Source: a virus
Taxonomy: Duplodnaviria; Caudoviricetes
Length of the DNA: 57,624 nt
IMG/VR virus record: IMGVR_UViG_3300030397_000335
Span: 1-57,624 of that record
Direction: 5' to 3' (one strand)
Shown here: positions 16,440-26,831 of the stretch, piece after piece
Numbering within the stretch: position 1 is the first letter of the stretch
Layout: the number at the start of each line of letters is the position of its first letter
Translations under genes and position numbers: made by a program
The notes under the pieces: model-generated
What the model saw: only the letters and a program-made list of their open reading frames with translations
Databases searched by the model: none
What the model was told of the DNA's origin: nothing

Positions 16440-16676
16440 CTATGCTTCTGGAGCTTTGCCCATCACTGATAAAATCTGGTCGCGTACTGGCTTAGAGATG
16501 GCTACTAGTATGCTGCCTAGAAATGCCACTAGCTCAGCAAACGTGATGTCACCATCGGCAAGCCAAGAAAGGTCAAGGCCCAATCCATCAGCGCCGATGG
16601 CTGGCAGGATAACAGACACTAGAGAGAAGATGATTGCTACCGCTAAGCCGCTGAGAAGAACTTTATTGGGTATCAT
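16440..16676 (-). CDS. Putative holin (two TM helices)
   Basis: 78 aa, two hydrophobic segments, directly upstream of the amidase. Confidence 0.6.
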   Translation of the reverse strand: MIPNKVLLSGLAVAIIFSLVSVILPAIGADGLGLDLSWLADGDITFAELVAFLGSILVAISKPVRDQILSVMGKAPEA

Positions 16677-16725
16677 TGTTTTCGCGGGTAATCCGCTGTT
16701 TGGTTGCTAAAAGTGGGAGTGATCC

Positions 16726-19374
16726 CTAGTTAAATCCTGTACAAATCCACTCGATATCGGGATGGCTACCAACGCCAGGATCAAACACAGTCTGTTCGTC
16801 TGTCTCTGCGTAGGTATCCCACGCTATATCGCCGTTGGTTGTCGTTGGGTAGAAGATGCGGCCTCGACTCCTATCGATAGCAAGGCCCCACGCATTAATC
16901 CCGTCTGTATTCGTTTTCCATACTGTCTCGCTCCCGCTACCGGGGAAGGGGTAGTGCGTTGTCTTGACGTTGCTGCCATCAGGGCCGGTGAACCATACTT
17001 TGCCTTCCGTGGTGTCGATGACAAAGCGGCTATCTTCTCCCGATCCGTCCTGATTGAAGTCTGAATAAATCTCAAAGTCGGTACCGTCAGAAACAGTGAC
17101 CCTCAGTATCTTCTTGCTGCTACCCAGTACATCAGCAAGCACCATGTAGGTCTCTGTCTCATCAAAGGCAATCGCCTGTCCTGCCGTGCGTCCGCCCTGG
17201 CTTATGATGGTACCGTCTGCCGTGCCGTCATACTCGTAGGTTTTAACCTCGTAGTTATTGCCGCTCGTTGGCGACTGAAGCACCACAACAGCAACTCGCT
17301 CCGCTATGCGCTGAAGGGACATTGCCCACCCTTGAGGGTCAGTGCCTGACGTGTCCCACTGCAAGAGTTCTGTCAGGTTGGATCCGTCAAGGTTGCGACG
17401 CATCAGGTAGTTGAGGTTGCTTGTGGTGTTTACCTCAAGCGTGAAGATGTAGCCGTTAGACTGATCTACAGCACCATTCCTGAACTCCCTACCGCTAGTG
17501 ATAGAAGTAATCGTTTCTGGTGTCCACGGATAGCTTGTGGTGTTGATCGGTGCTTTCTTGATATCACCGTCACTATCTCCCCAGAAGATGTGAGTTGGAG
17601 CTACAGGAATTGACACCAACGCACCAAGCAGCTCCTTACCTGCTGAACGGGAGTGAATCTTTGCGTTTCGGCTATAAGTCTTCTCTACAAAGGTAGGTAT
17701 ATAAACTTGTCCCGCACCCTGGTTTTCTAGGTCAAACGCTACACCTTGATGAAGGTCAATATCCTCACCAAACTTGTGCGATACCTCGATTGTGCGTAGC
17801 CGCTGCTTTAGCTGGTCGTGCCGCGAAGTCATCCGCAGTTCGTGGTAGCTCTGACCAGATCCATCCCAATCGGTAGTCTTTAGCCAGTCGGTGCCATCGA
17901 AATATTCCATAACACCTGGGGCAATATGGTCATCATTGCCATCGCCGATGATGAACTCGTGGCTTTCAATATCTCCTAGTTCGCCAGTCTCTAACCCAAA
18001 TACCTGCTCTGTGGGGCGGGGTGGCTCTTCGTCGTCCTCTGGCCTGAGGTGCGTTATCTGATATTCAACGTGAGTGATAGAAGTCACCCAAGCATTAGCA
18101 CCAATCAAAGGCTCAAAGATCAGCTTGAGTGTGCCACCCATCGGGTCGAATGGAAAATCCGCTGAAGTGAATGATCCGTCGTACACCGTTGTAGGATTAG
18201 ATGAAGCTGTTGCTAGATCCGCAATGTTGTACTTGAGCGTGGTTTCAGTGCTATTCCATCCTCCTGTTGCATCTAACCAACGCTCATTGCCAGCGAGGTC
18301 AATAAACTTAAATATCCCATATTCAATATCACCCGCACCCGTAGCTGCCCCGTCAATTTCAACACTGAAATTAAAGGTTAGGTTAACGCGGTCTCTGTTG
18401 GTAACAGTCGTCTGCCTAAAGGTTAAGCCAACTTCCTGCTCAAGAGATTCGCTCGTTTCGTCTAGCTTGCGTCCCGTCGCTACTTCCTCGCTATTCGAAT
18501 CACTCCAATGCCTAGCACCTTGCGAGAAATCGCCATTCCTTAAGCCTGTTTCTACGTATGTATGGACTGACTCAATGCGGGACTTGGCAGGCCACACGGA
18601 AGAGAAGGATGTTTCACGGTGCAGAAGGGTGGTGTCTGCCTTGTATATGTAGTCTACCGTTGCCTTTGTGCCACTTGTGCCGTTAGCGTTCACCACATGC
18701 TTGGTCATGTCAGCGCCCCTTAACGAGCGCTGCATGAAGAACCACTCACCATTCCTTTGAAAGAACTGAGCGTTGTAGTACTCACAGAGCGTTATGAGCG
18801 CATCGTAGTAAGTGCCGCCATCAAGCAAGCTTTCCATGCGGAGCCTGAGTGCGTCAGGCGCTTCCGTTGATGCGTCCGCGCCGTCCTCCTTATCCTCAAA
18901 AAAGATGTTTGTGACAAGGGATAAGCCAATCTTATTGGCAATATTGTAAATCTGCTCTCTGACCGTCTGGTTGCCACCTTGATCGTAGTCGATACCCTTA
19001 AGACCAGCAACACCATCGTAAGCAGAAACGCGGAAGGACGGATTTGATTTGTAGATGAGGGAGCGCTGAAATTCGGGGACGACGTAGCCCTTGAAAATCG
19101 TGCTGCCATCCTCGGTAAACTCCAGAACAATGTCACCAATCTGCTTACCCAGCAGTGCATCACTGAACAGCTTGCTGTTGTCCCGTACTGTGAAATTTAT
19201 CTGGCTTTCTAGGTGCGGCTCTAGCGCCTCGTAGTTGATATCGCCTTTACGCAAGCGGATAGGGGAGACAATGCTTATTGCATTCTCCGTAACGGTTGCA
19301 CCTGGCTCAGTGACCTTAATCACGTACGCCTTACCATCAGCGCTCCATGTTTCCTGTCCTATGATATCAGCCAT
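16726..19374 (-). CDS. Minor tail/hub protein with C-terminal beta-propeller-like region
   Basis: Follows the tape measure gene; acidic, beta-rich; C-terminal repeats AID...GRIF(Y/W). Confidence 0.75.
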   Translation of the reverse strand: MADIIGQETWSADGKAYVIKVTEPGATVTENAISIVSPIRLRKGDINYEALEPHLESQINFTVRDNSKLFSDALLGKQIGDIVLEFTEDGSTIFKGYVVPEFQRSLIYKSNPSFRVSAYDGVAGLKGIDYDQGGNQTVREQIYNIANKIGLSLVTNIFFEDKEDGADASTEAPDALRLRMESLLDGGTYYDALITLCEYYNAQFFQRNGEWFFMQRSLRGADMTKHVVNANGTSGTKATVDYIYKADTTLLHRETSFSSVWPAKSRIESVHTYVETGLRNGDFSQGARHWSDSNSEEVATGRKLDETSESLEQEVGLTFRQTTVTNRDRVNLTFNFSVEIDGAATGAGDIEYGIFKFIDLAGNERWLDATGGWNSTETTLKYNIADLATASSNPTTVYDGSFTSADFPFDPMGGTLKLIFEPLIGANAWVTSITHVEYQITHLRPEDDEEPPRPTEQVFGLETGELGDIESHEFIIGDGNDDHIAPGVMEYFDGTDWLKTTDWDGSGQSYHELRMTSRHDQLKQRLRTIEVSHKFGEDIDLHQGVAFDLENQGAGQVYIPTFVEKTYSRNAKIHSRSAGKELLGALVSIPVAPTHIFWGDSDGDIKKAPINTTSYPWTPETITSITSGREFRNGAVDQSNGYIFTLEVNTTSNLNYLMRRNLDGSNLTELLQWDTSGTDPQGWAMSLQRIAERVAVVVLQSPTSGNNYEVKTYEYDGTADGTIISQGGRTAGQAIAFDETETYMVLADVLGSSKKILRVTVSDGTDFEIYSDFNQDGSGEDSRFVIDTTEGKVWFTGPDGSNVKTTHYPFPGSGSETVWKTNTDGINAWGLAIDRSRGRIFYPTTTNGDIAWDTYAETDEQTVFDPGVGSHPDIEWICTGFN

Positions 19375-21657
19375 TTATCCCGCCGTGTTGCCGATTCGTC
19401 TTTGCTGGTTGTTGTGGCGCTTCCTGCCGTCCTCTAGATCGAAGTAGTTAAGCCGCACCTCCATCTGCTCAATCCTATCACCAAGCATCTGCATCCCCTC
19501 AGATAAAGCCCTTGTCTGCGAATTGATAGCGCTGCTAAAGTCATTGCCAGTACCCGCGCCGCTACCCTGTATGGCACCCACCAGCTTCTCTGTGTTCTCG
19601 TTGGTAATTACGTTGCTGCCCTGTGGCAAGCTTACTAGCTCGGGGCCTCGCTCGCCAACCATCGCCACGCCGCCGCCGAAGTTGGTTACTCCGGTTGCGA
19701 ACTGGGGGATGAGGTTGTTAAGGGCTAGACTAGAAGCCGCCTGAGCAATTGGCCATAATGCGAGGTTGAACGGGAATCCTACTTTAGGAAGTGAATTTGC
19801 AATCAGCACAGCGATCTGCGCTTGTATCGCCTGTCTAGCAGCATCCGCTGCAGCGTTGGCCAGGTCTTTACCTGATTGGATTGACAAATCCACAGACATG
19901 AGCTGCTGTTCAACGAAGTCACGCTCTGCCTGCTCAAGCTCTCTTTTTGCTGCAGCGCGGCGCTGATCCGCTTCAATTTCTTCTTTCGTACTTTGCAATA
20001 CGGCGTCCCTGCGCCGCTCCCATGCTGCTACTGCTTTGTCTACGCTCTGAACCTCAAGCTCCGCAGCTTCGACTGCCTGAATGGTTGCACCTTCTCTTAC
20101 AAACGCACGCTCTCGTTCAAGCTGATTGATTCGCGTTGTTAGCGTTATGAGGCGCTCTGTAATTTCGCCTTTCTGAATAAGTTCTTCTCGTTCTTTCTTT
20201 AGTGTTGAGAGAAAATCATCAGAAGTCCTTGTTCTACCGCTACCACCACCGCCTGTATTGCCCGTACCCGTACCACCGCTCGGCACATCCGTAGAACTGC
20301 CCGTCCCACCGTCCCCTATAGGCCCTGCGAGTCGTCCTAGCTGGCTAACACCAGCCTGTGTGATGGTGTCGCCTAGTTCTCCACTGGCTCCGAAAAACCG
20401 CATTATTTCACCAAACCCAGTGCCTAGCTGGATCTTCATCGCAGCCAGTGCGGGAGCAAGTCCTTTTTGCGAGAACTCAGAGAACCGATTCATACTAAGG
20501 GCAGCGCCATCAATGGCAAGCTGTAAGTCCTCAGAAAAGGTGTCAAAAAGCGTAATCTTCAGATCATCCGTTGCGCTGTTTAAAAGCTTAATTGAGCCTT
20601 CAAGCGTGTCAATCTGTTTTGCGGCAACCTCCTCGGCTGTACCTCCTGCATTTTCTAACTCCTCGGTAAACTCCCTCAGCTTTTCGCTACCAGTACTGAT
20701 AAGCGTAGTGAAACCTGATGCAGCCTCTTGTCCAACCAGCACAGAAAGGGTAGAGGTGCGCTGCGCATCCGTCATGCCCTTTGTACGTTTTTCTAAATCC
20801 GCGACAACTTCAGCAAGGCTTTTAGTTGACCCGTCAGCCTTGGTAAAAGAGAATCCAAGTTCATCCATCAAAGCACGCTGCTGCTTTGATGGCGTAGCAA
20901 GTTGTAAGAGAGATCCCCTGAGCGAAGTACCGGCTCTTGTTGCTTGGATACCAGCATCGCCCAAAATACCCGTTGCTGCTGTCAGTTCTTCAAGCTCAAG
21001 CCCTAAAGATGCTGCAACAGGAGCGACGAATTGCATAGACTGGCCAAGCCCCTCAATAGTGGTATTGCTGCTAATGGATGCCTTGGTAAGCACATCTGCA
21101 ACACGGCTCGATTCCGCTGCTGTAAGCCCGAACCCAGAAAGCACGTTTGATGTAATATCTGCAGCGCGCCCTAAGTCAATTTGCCCTGCTGCTGCTTGAT
21201 CCAAAAGCCCCGGCATTGCTTCAATTACCTGATTGGTATCAAAGCCCGCCATTGCAAGGAACTGCATACCCTCAGCGGCTTCAGTGGCACTAAATACGGT
21301 TGTTGCACCTAGTTCACGCGCCGTTGCGGTAAGTCTGCTCAGTTCGTCTCCTGTAGCCCCAGAAAGCGCTCCCACACGCGCCATTGATGACTGGAACTTC
21401 ATGCCAGTATCAATGACTGCCTTTGTGAGCGCTCCAAAAGCAACGGCTGCGCCGCTTGCGATACCAGCAGTGCCAAAAGGACCGAGAAACTTCTTTGCAG
21501 AGGTGCCCATCCGCTGGAAACTACGCGAAGACTTTCGCTCAACACGTTGGACGGTATTGTCTAGCTTATGAAGCTTCCCCTCTAAATCTTTGACTTTAAT
21601 ACTACCGTCTTTGGTGTCAAAGATTAGCTGTACTTCGACGGTTCTTTTTTTAGCCAT
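19375..21657 (-). CDS. Tail tape measure protein (TP901-like core)
   Basis: ARELGATTVFSATEAAEGMQFLAMAGF, AGTSLRG, FATG...MVGERGPELV. Confidence 0.95.
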   Translation of the reverse strand: MAKKRTVEVQLIFDTKDGSIKVKDLEGKLHKLDNTVQRVERKSSRSFQRMGTSAKKFLGPFGTAGIASGAAVAFGALTKAVIDTGMKFQSSMARVGALSGATGDELSRLTATARELGATTVFSATEAAEGMQFLAMAGFDTNQVIEAMPGLLDQAAAGQIDLGRAADITSNVLSGFGLTAAESSRVADVLTKASISSNTTIEGLGQSMQFVAPVAASLGLELEELTAATGILGDAGIQATRAGTSLRGSLLQLATPSKQQRALMDELGFSFTKADGSTKSLAEVVADLEKRTKGMTDAQRTSTLSVLVGQEAASGFTTLISTGSEKLREFTEELENAGGTAEEVAAKQIDTLEGSIKLLNSATDDLKITLFDTFSEDLQLAIDGAALSMNRFSEFSQKGLAPALAAMKIQLGTGFGEIMRFFGASGELGDTITQAGVSQLGRLAGPIGDGGTGSSTDVPSGGTGTGNTGGGGSGRTRTSDDFLSTLKKEREELIQKGEITERLITLTTRINQLERERAFVREGATIQAVEAAELEVQSVDKAVAAWERRRDAVLQSTKEEIEADQRRAAAKRELEQAERDFVEQQLMSVDLSIQSGKDLANAAADAARQAIQAQIAVLIANSLPKVGFPFNLALWPIAQAASSLALNNLIPQFATGVTNFGGGVAMVGERGPELVSLPQGSNVITNENTEKLVGAIQGSGAGTGNDFSSAINSQTRALSEGMQMLGDRIEQMEVRLNYFDLEDGRKRHNNQQRRIGNTAG

Positions 21658-22285
21658 TAATCACACCGTTTCTTGAAGTACCACAGCCCAATATCTGGCA
21701 GTGGGGCATTCATCAAAGAGTTGTATTCGTCATAACTGGAAACACTGCGCACGATCAGCGCTTCAAAACGCCATAGGTTTTCTTTGTAGAGGTTGCTCGA
21801 TATGTCCCTAAAGTCTCTCAAGTAAGCATCCTCTTCTACTGGTCTCCCGTCTGAGTCTCTGCGCCGATATTCCCGACTGGAGCGGTCAGGGAGTTCCTTA
21901 GTGAGGCTAATAAAGCTTTCTGCCTTCTGTGCCTCGGCTCGATAAAATTTAGAAAGGCATTTAGCCCCTCCTCGACTTCCGAGTAGTCGATTTCATCCAT
22001 GTTGTCAGAAACAGGGGCAGAGGGAAACAGGAGCTTTGCTACCTCATCACGAAAATTATCCGTGCTCAGTTCAGGTTCAGTGATCTCGAAATTGATTGAC
22101 TCTTCGGTGCGCTCTTCTTTTGTAATGAATCCTTTTAGGCACTGCTCTTTTGAAATGGCGTATCTTTCAAGATCCGTGTAGTATGCCGAACTTGCCTGTA
22201 ACAACCGCAGGGCCTTCACTGTACGGGCTGTACATTTAGCCAGCTCGTACGCCTCTTCTTGATTTGCTAATACTTTGTATTTCAT
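21657..22285 (-). CDS. Tail assembly chaperone G (21836-22285) and -1 frameshift product GT (to 21657)
   Basis: In-frame A_AAT_TTT slippery site (21944-21950); -1 frame stays open to a TAA overlapping the tape measure ATG. Confidence 0.8.
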
Positions 22286-22299
22286 GTCTGGGGTGCTTT

Positions 22300-22656
22300 A
22301 TGAAAAAATCTGCCTTTATTATTATTCCGACACTTCTCTTGGCGCTTTACCTGGCACAACCTTCACAGCCCGAAACCATATCCAACAATGAGAGCCTTAT
22401 TGAGATAAAAGACCTTTCTCTTGAGCTTGGCAGATCCGTTGCAACCGTAAGGGGCAGCGTGACAAATCATGCACAAAAAGAGTTTAGAGCCGTTATCATG
22501 GATATTGAGTTTAGATCTGAGGATAGTTCTTTGGTTGATGTCACAAAGGTTGCCGTATGGGACATCGAAGCGGGTCAAACAAAAGCATTTGAACACCATG
22601 TTTCCCCTAAAAACATCACATCAGTTACTATTACAGACCACAAAGTAACCGAGTAA
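22300..22656 (+). CDS. Secreted/membrane-anchored FxLYD-like protein (moron)
   Basis: Signal-like N-terminus from ATG 22300; V.GSVTN...V...F....LVD...I.AGQTK.F. Confidence 0.7.
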   Translation: MKKSAFIIIPTLLLALYLAQPSQPETISNNESLIEIKDLSLELGRSVATVRGSVTNHAQKEFRAVIMDIEFRSEDSSLVDVTKVAVWDIEAGQTKAFEHHVSPKNITSVTITDHKVTE

Positions 22657-22657
22657 C

Positions 22658-23086
22658 CTAAGCCCCATAATGCGGCCTCATATCAGCGATGCCAGTAGAC
22701 GTGGAATCGTCCTCCTGGTACACCGACTTGCTAATCAGCCTAAGCTCAACGCTTTCCTTGTGCGTCCCTTTGGCAACTTCCACGAACCGTGGTTGATGCC
22801 TAAAATCTGGCATAACGATATAGCTTGTTGAGTCGTCTGTATCGCTCTTGAAAGTGACTTCCGCACCACCAAGCAAGTCTAGCCAGAGATCGTTGACATT
22901 CTTGGTGCTTGCACCTACCTGCTCCCATATACCCTTGACAGATATCTGGTACTCTATATCCTGAAAGTCCTGATCGAGATCACCAGAAATAAGCCGCTCC
23001 TGCCTGCCCGTTACCTGCGGGGTGACAGTAAGCTGATCCACGTAGTACGTGTAGGTCGTGACGCTATATGTGAAGCTACACTGCAT
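22658..23086 (-). CDS. Putative tail protein
   Basis: Position in the tail operon; beta-rich. Confidence 0.6.
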   Translation of the reverse strand: MQCSFTYSVTTYTYYVDQLTVTPQVTGRQERLISGDLDQDFQDIEYQISVKGIWEQVGASTKNVNDLWLDLLGGAEVTFKSDTDDSTSYIVMPDFRHQPRFVEVAKGTHKESVELRLISKSVYQEDDSTSTGIADMRPHYGA

Positions 23087-23982
23087 TAGTTGTCGATAAA
23101 CGTAGTGCCTCCATCCACCCTTAAAGCCGGATAACCGCCTATCACATCATCCGATGTGGTGACGCCGGTAGGGGTAAGGACGGGAAGCACGCGAATCGTG
23201 TAGACGGTGTTGCCTGTGCCCATTGAGAGCGTTGTCGATGCTCTTGACGAGCTACTGTCCACCTCCGAAGATATCTCTGTAGCACCGCCAAACTGCTTAC
23301 CCTCGATTCTTACCGTTGACGTTGACGTGTCCGTATGCGTCTCTACAATGTCAGCAGAGAGCGTAAGCCCGATGCCCGTAAGGTTCACAGGAAAGACGAT
23401 ATCCGCATAGATGCCGTGGTCGGGCGCGTTGTGCGTGATGCTCTGGCTTTCTGTGAGGTCAACCCACAGCGCCGTACCCGCGCCCGTTGAAGTGTAGCCC
23501 TTGGCAAGCTCTGTCGAGCCCTCCTCTTGCCACGAAGTCTGTCCTAAGCCTCCTAAGTGTGCTAAGAGGTTGGCCTGCTGGTAAATCGAGTGTTTACCAT
23601 GACCCTCGCGAACCATCTCAAAGGTGTAGATATCACCGCGCCCCTGAGCCATACCGCTGAGGCTATTCCTGCGCAGAACAAAGTGGTCTTTCTCGTACCA
23701 CTGAACGCAGACGGAATGCCCCACAGCCACCATAGAGACCCGCGTACGGGCGCTGCGCCAGGTATAAAGCTGGTTGGCAATAGTACCATCATCAATGAAC
23801 TGGAAACGGCATGCGGAGCTATCCGCTTGATCTAGGACGTTACCCATCGGGCCGCGCTCACCTAGACCAAGCGGCTGCTTCGTAAAGTCGAAGGTGTTAG
23901 CCACAACCTTTGCAATCTGCACACTAGTGCCGGTTACAGGGTCGTAAATGGCTACCGCCCGTATGCCGTTAATAACAGCCAT
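23086..23982 (-). CDS. Putative tail protein
   Basis: Position; Thr/Ser/Gly-rich beta C-terminal domain. Confidence 0.6.
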   Translation of the reverse strand: MAVINGIRAVAIYDPVTGTSVQIAKVVANTFDFTKQPLGLGERGPMGNVLDQADSSACRFQFIDDGTIANQLYTWRSARTRVSMVAVGHSVCVQWYEKDHFVLRRNSLSGMAQGRGDIYTFEMVREGHGKHSIYQQANLLAHLGGLGQTSWQEEGSTELAKGYTSTGAGTALWVDLTESQSITHNAPDHGIYADIVFPVNLTGIGLTLSADIVETHTDTSTSTVRIEGKQFGGATEISSEVDSSSSRASTTLSMGTGNTVYTIRVLPVLTPTGVTTSDDVIGGYPALRVDGGTTFIDN

Positions 23983-23990
23983 CGGTTCGC

Positions 23991-24407
23991 TTACGCAGTC
24001 GTTTCCGTAATCTTGTCTTTAGGGACAGAGATCATTAGCCGGTAGCGATCACCGCGCCCGTCCTGCTTGCCAGTAACGGTAGCAGGTACTAGCTGCGCTG
24101 GCAGAACACCGATGTTGGTAGCGTGTAGCTCGTCGTTGTCGAGCGTCCAGCGGAAGTACGTGTCTGTATCCGCATCGTGAAAGCCCTTGAGTGTGTCGAA
24201 GATTGTCCGGTTCAGAAACTGGCAATCGTATTCACGAAACTCCGGGTAGCCATAAGAGCCGCCGTATGAAGTCTGCGCTTCAGCGTTGTTCTCAAGGAAT
24301 CTGATTTCTGAGTTGTTGGCTTCCAGCTTGGTAATCTCTACCCACGTAGAATTGTCAGTAGAGTATTCCAGCTTGGTAATGCCGTTAGTTAGCCGTGGAC
24401 TTGGCAT
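23991..24407 (-). CDS. Putative major tail (tube) protein
   Basis: GITKLEYSTDNSTWVEI...YFRWT; size and position. Confidence 0.55.
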   Translation of the reverse strand: MPSPRLTNGITKLEYSTDNSTWVEITKLEANNSEIRFLENNAEAQTSYGGSYGYPEFREYDCQFLNRTIFDTLKGFHDADTDTYFRWTLDNDELHATNIGVLPAQLVPATVTGKQDGRGDRYRLMISVPKDKITETTA

Positions 24408-25194
24408 CGTCGTTTACCTTCTTGTTTGATGCCTTCCTAGTCCTTTTCGCCGATTGTCCATCGGCAGACTTTCCGCTAAGAGTGGAAGGCGTTAAGTTGA
24501 ATCCAGGGAAATGCGTGAAAACAAGCTGGGGATTGTCCACAAATTCGTGTAGGAGCGGCTCTAGCTGAATCGCTCTTTCAAAACTGTTAATCTCATCACC
24601 CGACTTAAGGGCGATCATGGGGAAGGCTTCGCATGCCTTTAGCATGTACCACGGGTAGCACCAGCTTCTAAGGCGTATGTCGATGCCTGAGTCTATCGTG
24701 CTTCCATCTTCGTTGTAGAGCGTCTTGCCTTCCTCTAAATGGGGCTTTACCTTCTCTGGCATGAAAGCCAGTGCGAACTGCTTAAGCCGGTGCAGGGCAA
24801 GCTTGCCAGATGGCACGTCGTAGATGTAGAAGCCTCTTAGCTCCCAATATCCTTCATGACCAATCTCTGCGCGCCTTGCTACCTCATTTATCAGGGCAGG
24901 GGATAGGATATCGTCAGAGCCTATGCGAAAAACAATGTCCGCTCCTGAGTCAATAGCCCGCTGCATTCCTGTGTTACGCTTAGCACCAACGTTATCGTTA
25001 GGAGCCTCGACGTAATCCCACCCGTGCGCCTCTGCAGCGTCTCTGTCCTTCTTGGATGAGCCAACAGCAACAAGGCTTAATTCATGCCCCTTGATAGACA
25101 GGCCAGCGTAGTACGCCAAGACGGCGCTGTCAACTGCGCGTCTCTTTTCGCTGGCGTTTGCCATGTTGAGGCAATTTGAAATAGCTATCTTCAT
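24385..25194 (-). CDS. Glycosyltransferase-like protein (GT-A fold)
   Basis: KIAI..., YVEAPN..VGAKRN.G, IGSDD (DxD-like). Confidence 0.65.
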   Translation of the reverse strand: MKIAISNCLNMANASEKRRAVDSAVLAYYAGLSIKGHELSLVAVGSSKKDRDAAEAHGWDYVEAPNDNVGAKRNTGMQRAIDSGADIVFRIGSDDILSPALINEVARRAEIGHEGYWELRGFYIYDVPSGKLALHRLKQFALAFMPEKVKPHLEEGKTLYNEDGSTIDSGIDIRLRSWCYPWYMLKACEAFPMIALKSGDEINSFERAIQLEPLLHEFVDNPQLVFTHFPGFNLTPSTLSGKSADGQSAKRTRKASNKKVNDDAKSTAN

Positions 25195-25622
25195 GAGCTA
25201 AAATCCTCTACTGTAAACCGCGATAGCGTCGCAGTGATGAACCAGCCCTCAACGTGCCCCCAGTGGCTTGTATAATGCCGCATGTCCTCGATGCGCCACG
25301 GGTATGTCTTGGCAGCTTTGGTAAGCGCAAAAAGCTTAGAGAAGTACGTATTGCGCACCGTCACCACCTCAGACTCCAAGCAGTCCCGATCTAGCACCAT
25401 GACGATGTTGAAATCGTATCGCACATCGTAGCATTCTTCGTGCGGATCAATCTCTTGGATCTCGTCTGTATCAATGCCGTCAAGCGTTGAGAACAGGTTC
25501 AGGTCTTCCTCGCCAATCTCCGTAGGCTCTCTGTCGAAAGTCGTCCTGAAGATTGCTGGAAGGGCATCCGCAGCCGCTTTCAAGTCAGCCTTGCTTTCTG
25601 ATATGGTGCGGTTCGTTGCCAC
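25191..25622 (-). CDS. Putative tail terminator
   Basis: 143 aa acidic protein after the gp10-like gene. Confidence 0.5.
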   Translation of the reverse strand: MATNRTISESKADLKAAADALPAIFRTTFDREPTEIGEEDLNLFSTLDGIDTDEIQEIDPHEECYDVRYDFNIVMVLDRDCLESEVVTVRNTYFSKLFALTKAAKTYPWRIEDMRHYTSHWGHVEGWFITATLSRFTVEDFSS

Positions 25623-26146
25623 TATGCTCGTGCGTTAAAGCCTCGGTTGAAAGCATCCTGCATCCTAGATGCAAACTTGTCTTTGTGCTTGTTTATAGCG
25701 AAGTCAAGGAAGGGTCTGCCTATCGGCCCCTGTGCGCTTCTTGGTTGCCCCTTCATCGAAGTGCCGCGCTCCTTAATGGACTTGGCGATTGCATAGGCAG
25801 CGCTCTTGATCTCGGCTTCCTCCACGATATTTAGCTTCTTGCGTACCCAGTAGCGAATTGGCTCGATAGGGGGAAACTTGTCGCGCTTCTTAGTCCCATC
25901 GTGCACCCACTCGGCATGTTTAGCGCCTGCACCTACCGTTAGCTTGGCAGCGAGACCATTCAGGAAAAGTTCAACCTCGGAGTCCAAAGACTTCTTAAGG
26001 TCCCCATCCATGTTGACCTTGTGTTCATCCAAGTAGCCAGCGGCATCCTTCACCATCTGAAGCCCCAGAATCCCCATCTCCCGCTTCACCTCTGCCATGC
26101 CGCGCCGGAAGTCCTCGTTGAGATCAAAGTTGCGACGAAAGGGCAT
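25622..26146 (-). CDS. HK97 gp10-like tail-completion protein
   Basis: GDLKKSL, HAEWVHDGT, PP..PI..WV, RPFL. Confidence 0.8.
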   Translation of the reverse strand: MPFRRNFDLNEDFRRGMAEVKREMGILGLQMVKDAAGYLDEHKVNMDGDLKKSLDSEVELFLNGLAAKLTVGAGAKHAEWVHDGTKKRDKFPPIEPIRYWVRKKLNIVEEAEIKSAAYAIAKSIKERGTSMKGQPRSAQGPIGRPFLDFAINKHKDKFASRMQDAFNRGFNARA

Positions 26147-26607
26147 TACAACACGAAGGTTGATCCAACACGGTTATCACTGGTGATAATGCCGTGATAG
26201 ATGATTTCCTGCACCAGAAGCTTTGCCTGCGCATTGATGTCCCGCACGTAGCTGTCAAGCTCCCGCTTACCCATGAATGAGTTCATGCTCTCAGCGAATC
26301 CGGTGGACTTAACAAGCCCGCCTTTCTCTCTTAAATGCATGTTCAAGCGGGGCAGGGCAAGGGCAAAAGCTAGAAGTGATTCAGCTTCAACAACATTAGT
26401 GTACTCGGTGTCGGCATACTCACGGTTAGACTCAGCCACCTTATAGGCCGCTGCTGTATCTACAGCTAGCATGTCCTCGTACTTCTCGTCACCAATCCAC
26501 CTGCGCATCTGCTGTTCGGCTCGGTTGAGGTACTTCTCAACCTTGGCCCCAACATCGTAGGTCAGATCGTTGTTTTCGATGATATCTTGAAGCTTCGCCA
26601 GAGGCAT
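26146..26607 (-). CDS. Putative head-tail adaptor
   Basis: Helical 153 aa protein after the capsid gene. Confidence 0.55.
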   Translation of the reverse strand: MPLAKLQDIIENNDLTYDVGAKVEKYLNRAEQQMRRWIGDEKYEDMLAVDTAAAYKVAESNREYADTEYTNVVEAESLLAFALALPRLNMHLREKGGLVKSTGFAESMNSFMGKRELDSYVRDINAQAKLLVQEIIYHGIITSDNRVGSTFVL

Positions 26608-26768
26608 TACTTAGCCGATTTTGGTTTTGCTGGTACTGCCTGAGGTTCGGCTTTTGGAGCAGCTTTCTTCTCGCTATAAAGCTTGTGCTTGCCCTTGTCA
26701 AAGTCCGCCTTGTTGATGATAGCGTACCCGCCATCAGCCACGATCTTTACTGTTTCACAGGTTGCCAT
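26607..26768 (-). CDS. Small post-capsid protein (53 aa)
   Basis: MATCETVKI...IINKADFD..KH; TAATG overlap with the next gene. Confidence 0.7.
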   Translation of the reverse strand: MATCETVKIVADGGYAIINKADFDKGKHKLYSEKKAAPKAEPQAVPAKPKSAK

Positions 26769-26790
26769 TTGCTCTCTGTTTTGAGTGAAC

Positions 26791-26822
26791 CTCTGGTAGC
26801 CCCCGTGAAGAGGCTACCAGAG
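26791..26822 (-). terminator. Hairpin after the major capsid gene
   Basis: CTCTGGTAGCC/GGCTACCAGAG 11-bp stem; weak U tract. Confidence 0.5.
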
Positions 26823-26831
26823 AAATTCAGC

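Noticed and set aside
20258-21571. Long plus-strand ORFs opposite the tape measure gene (likewise 18074-18652 and 48206-48664)
   Set aside because: Ser/Ala/Pro-rich antisense shadows of biased coding sequence.
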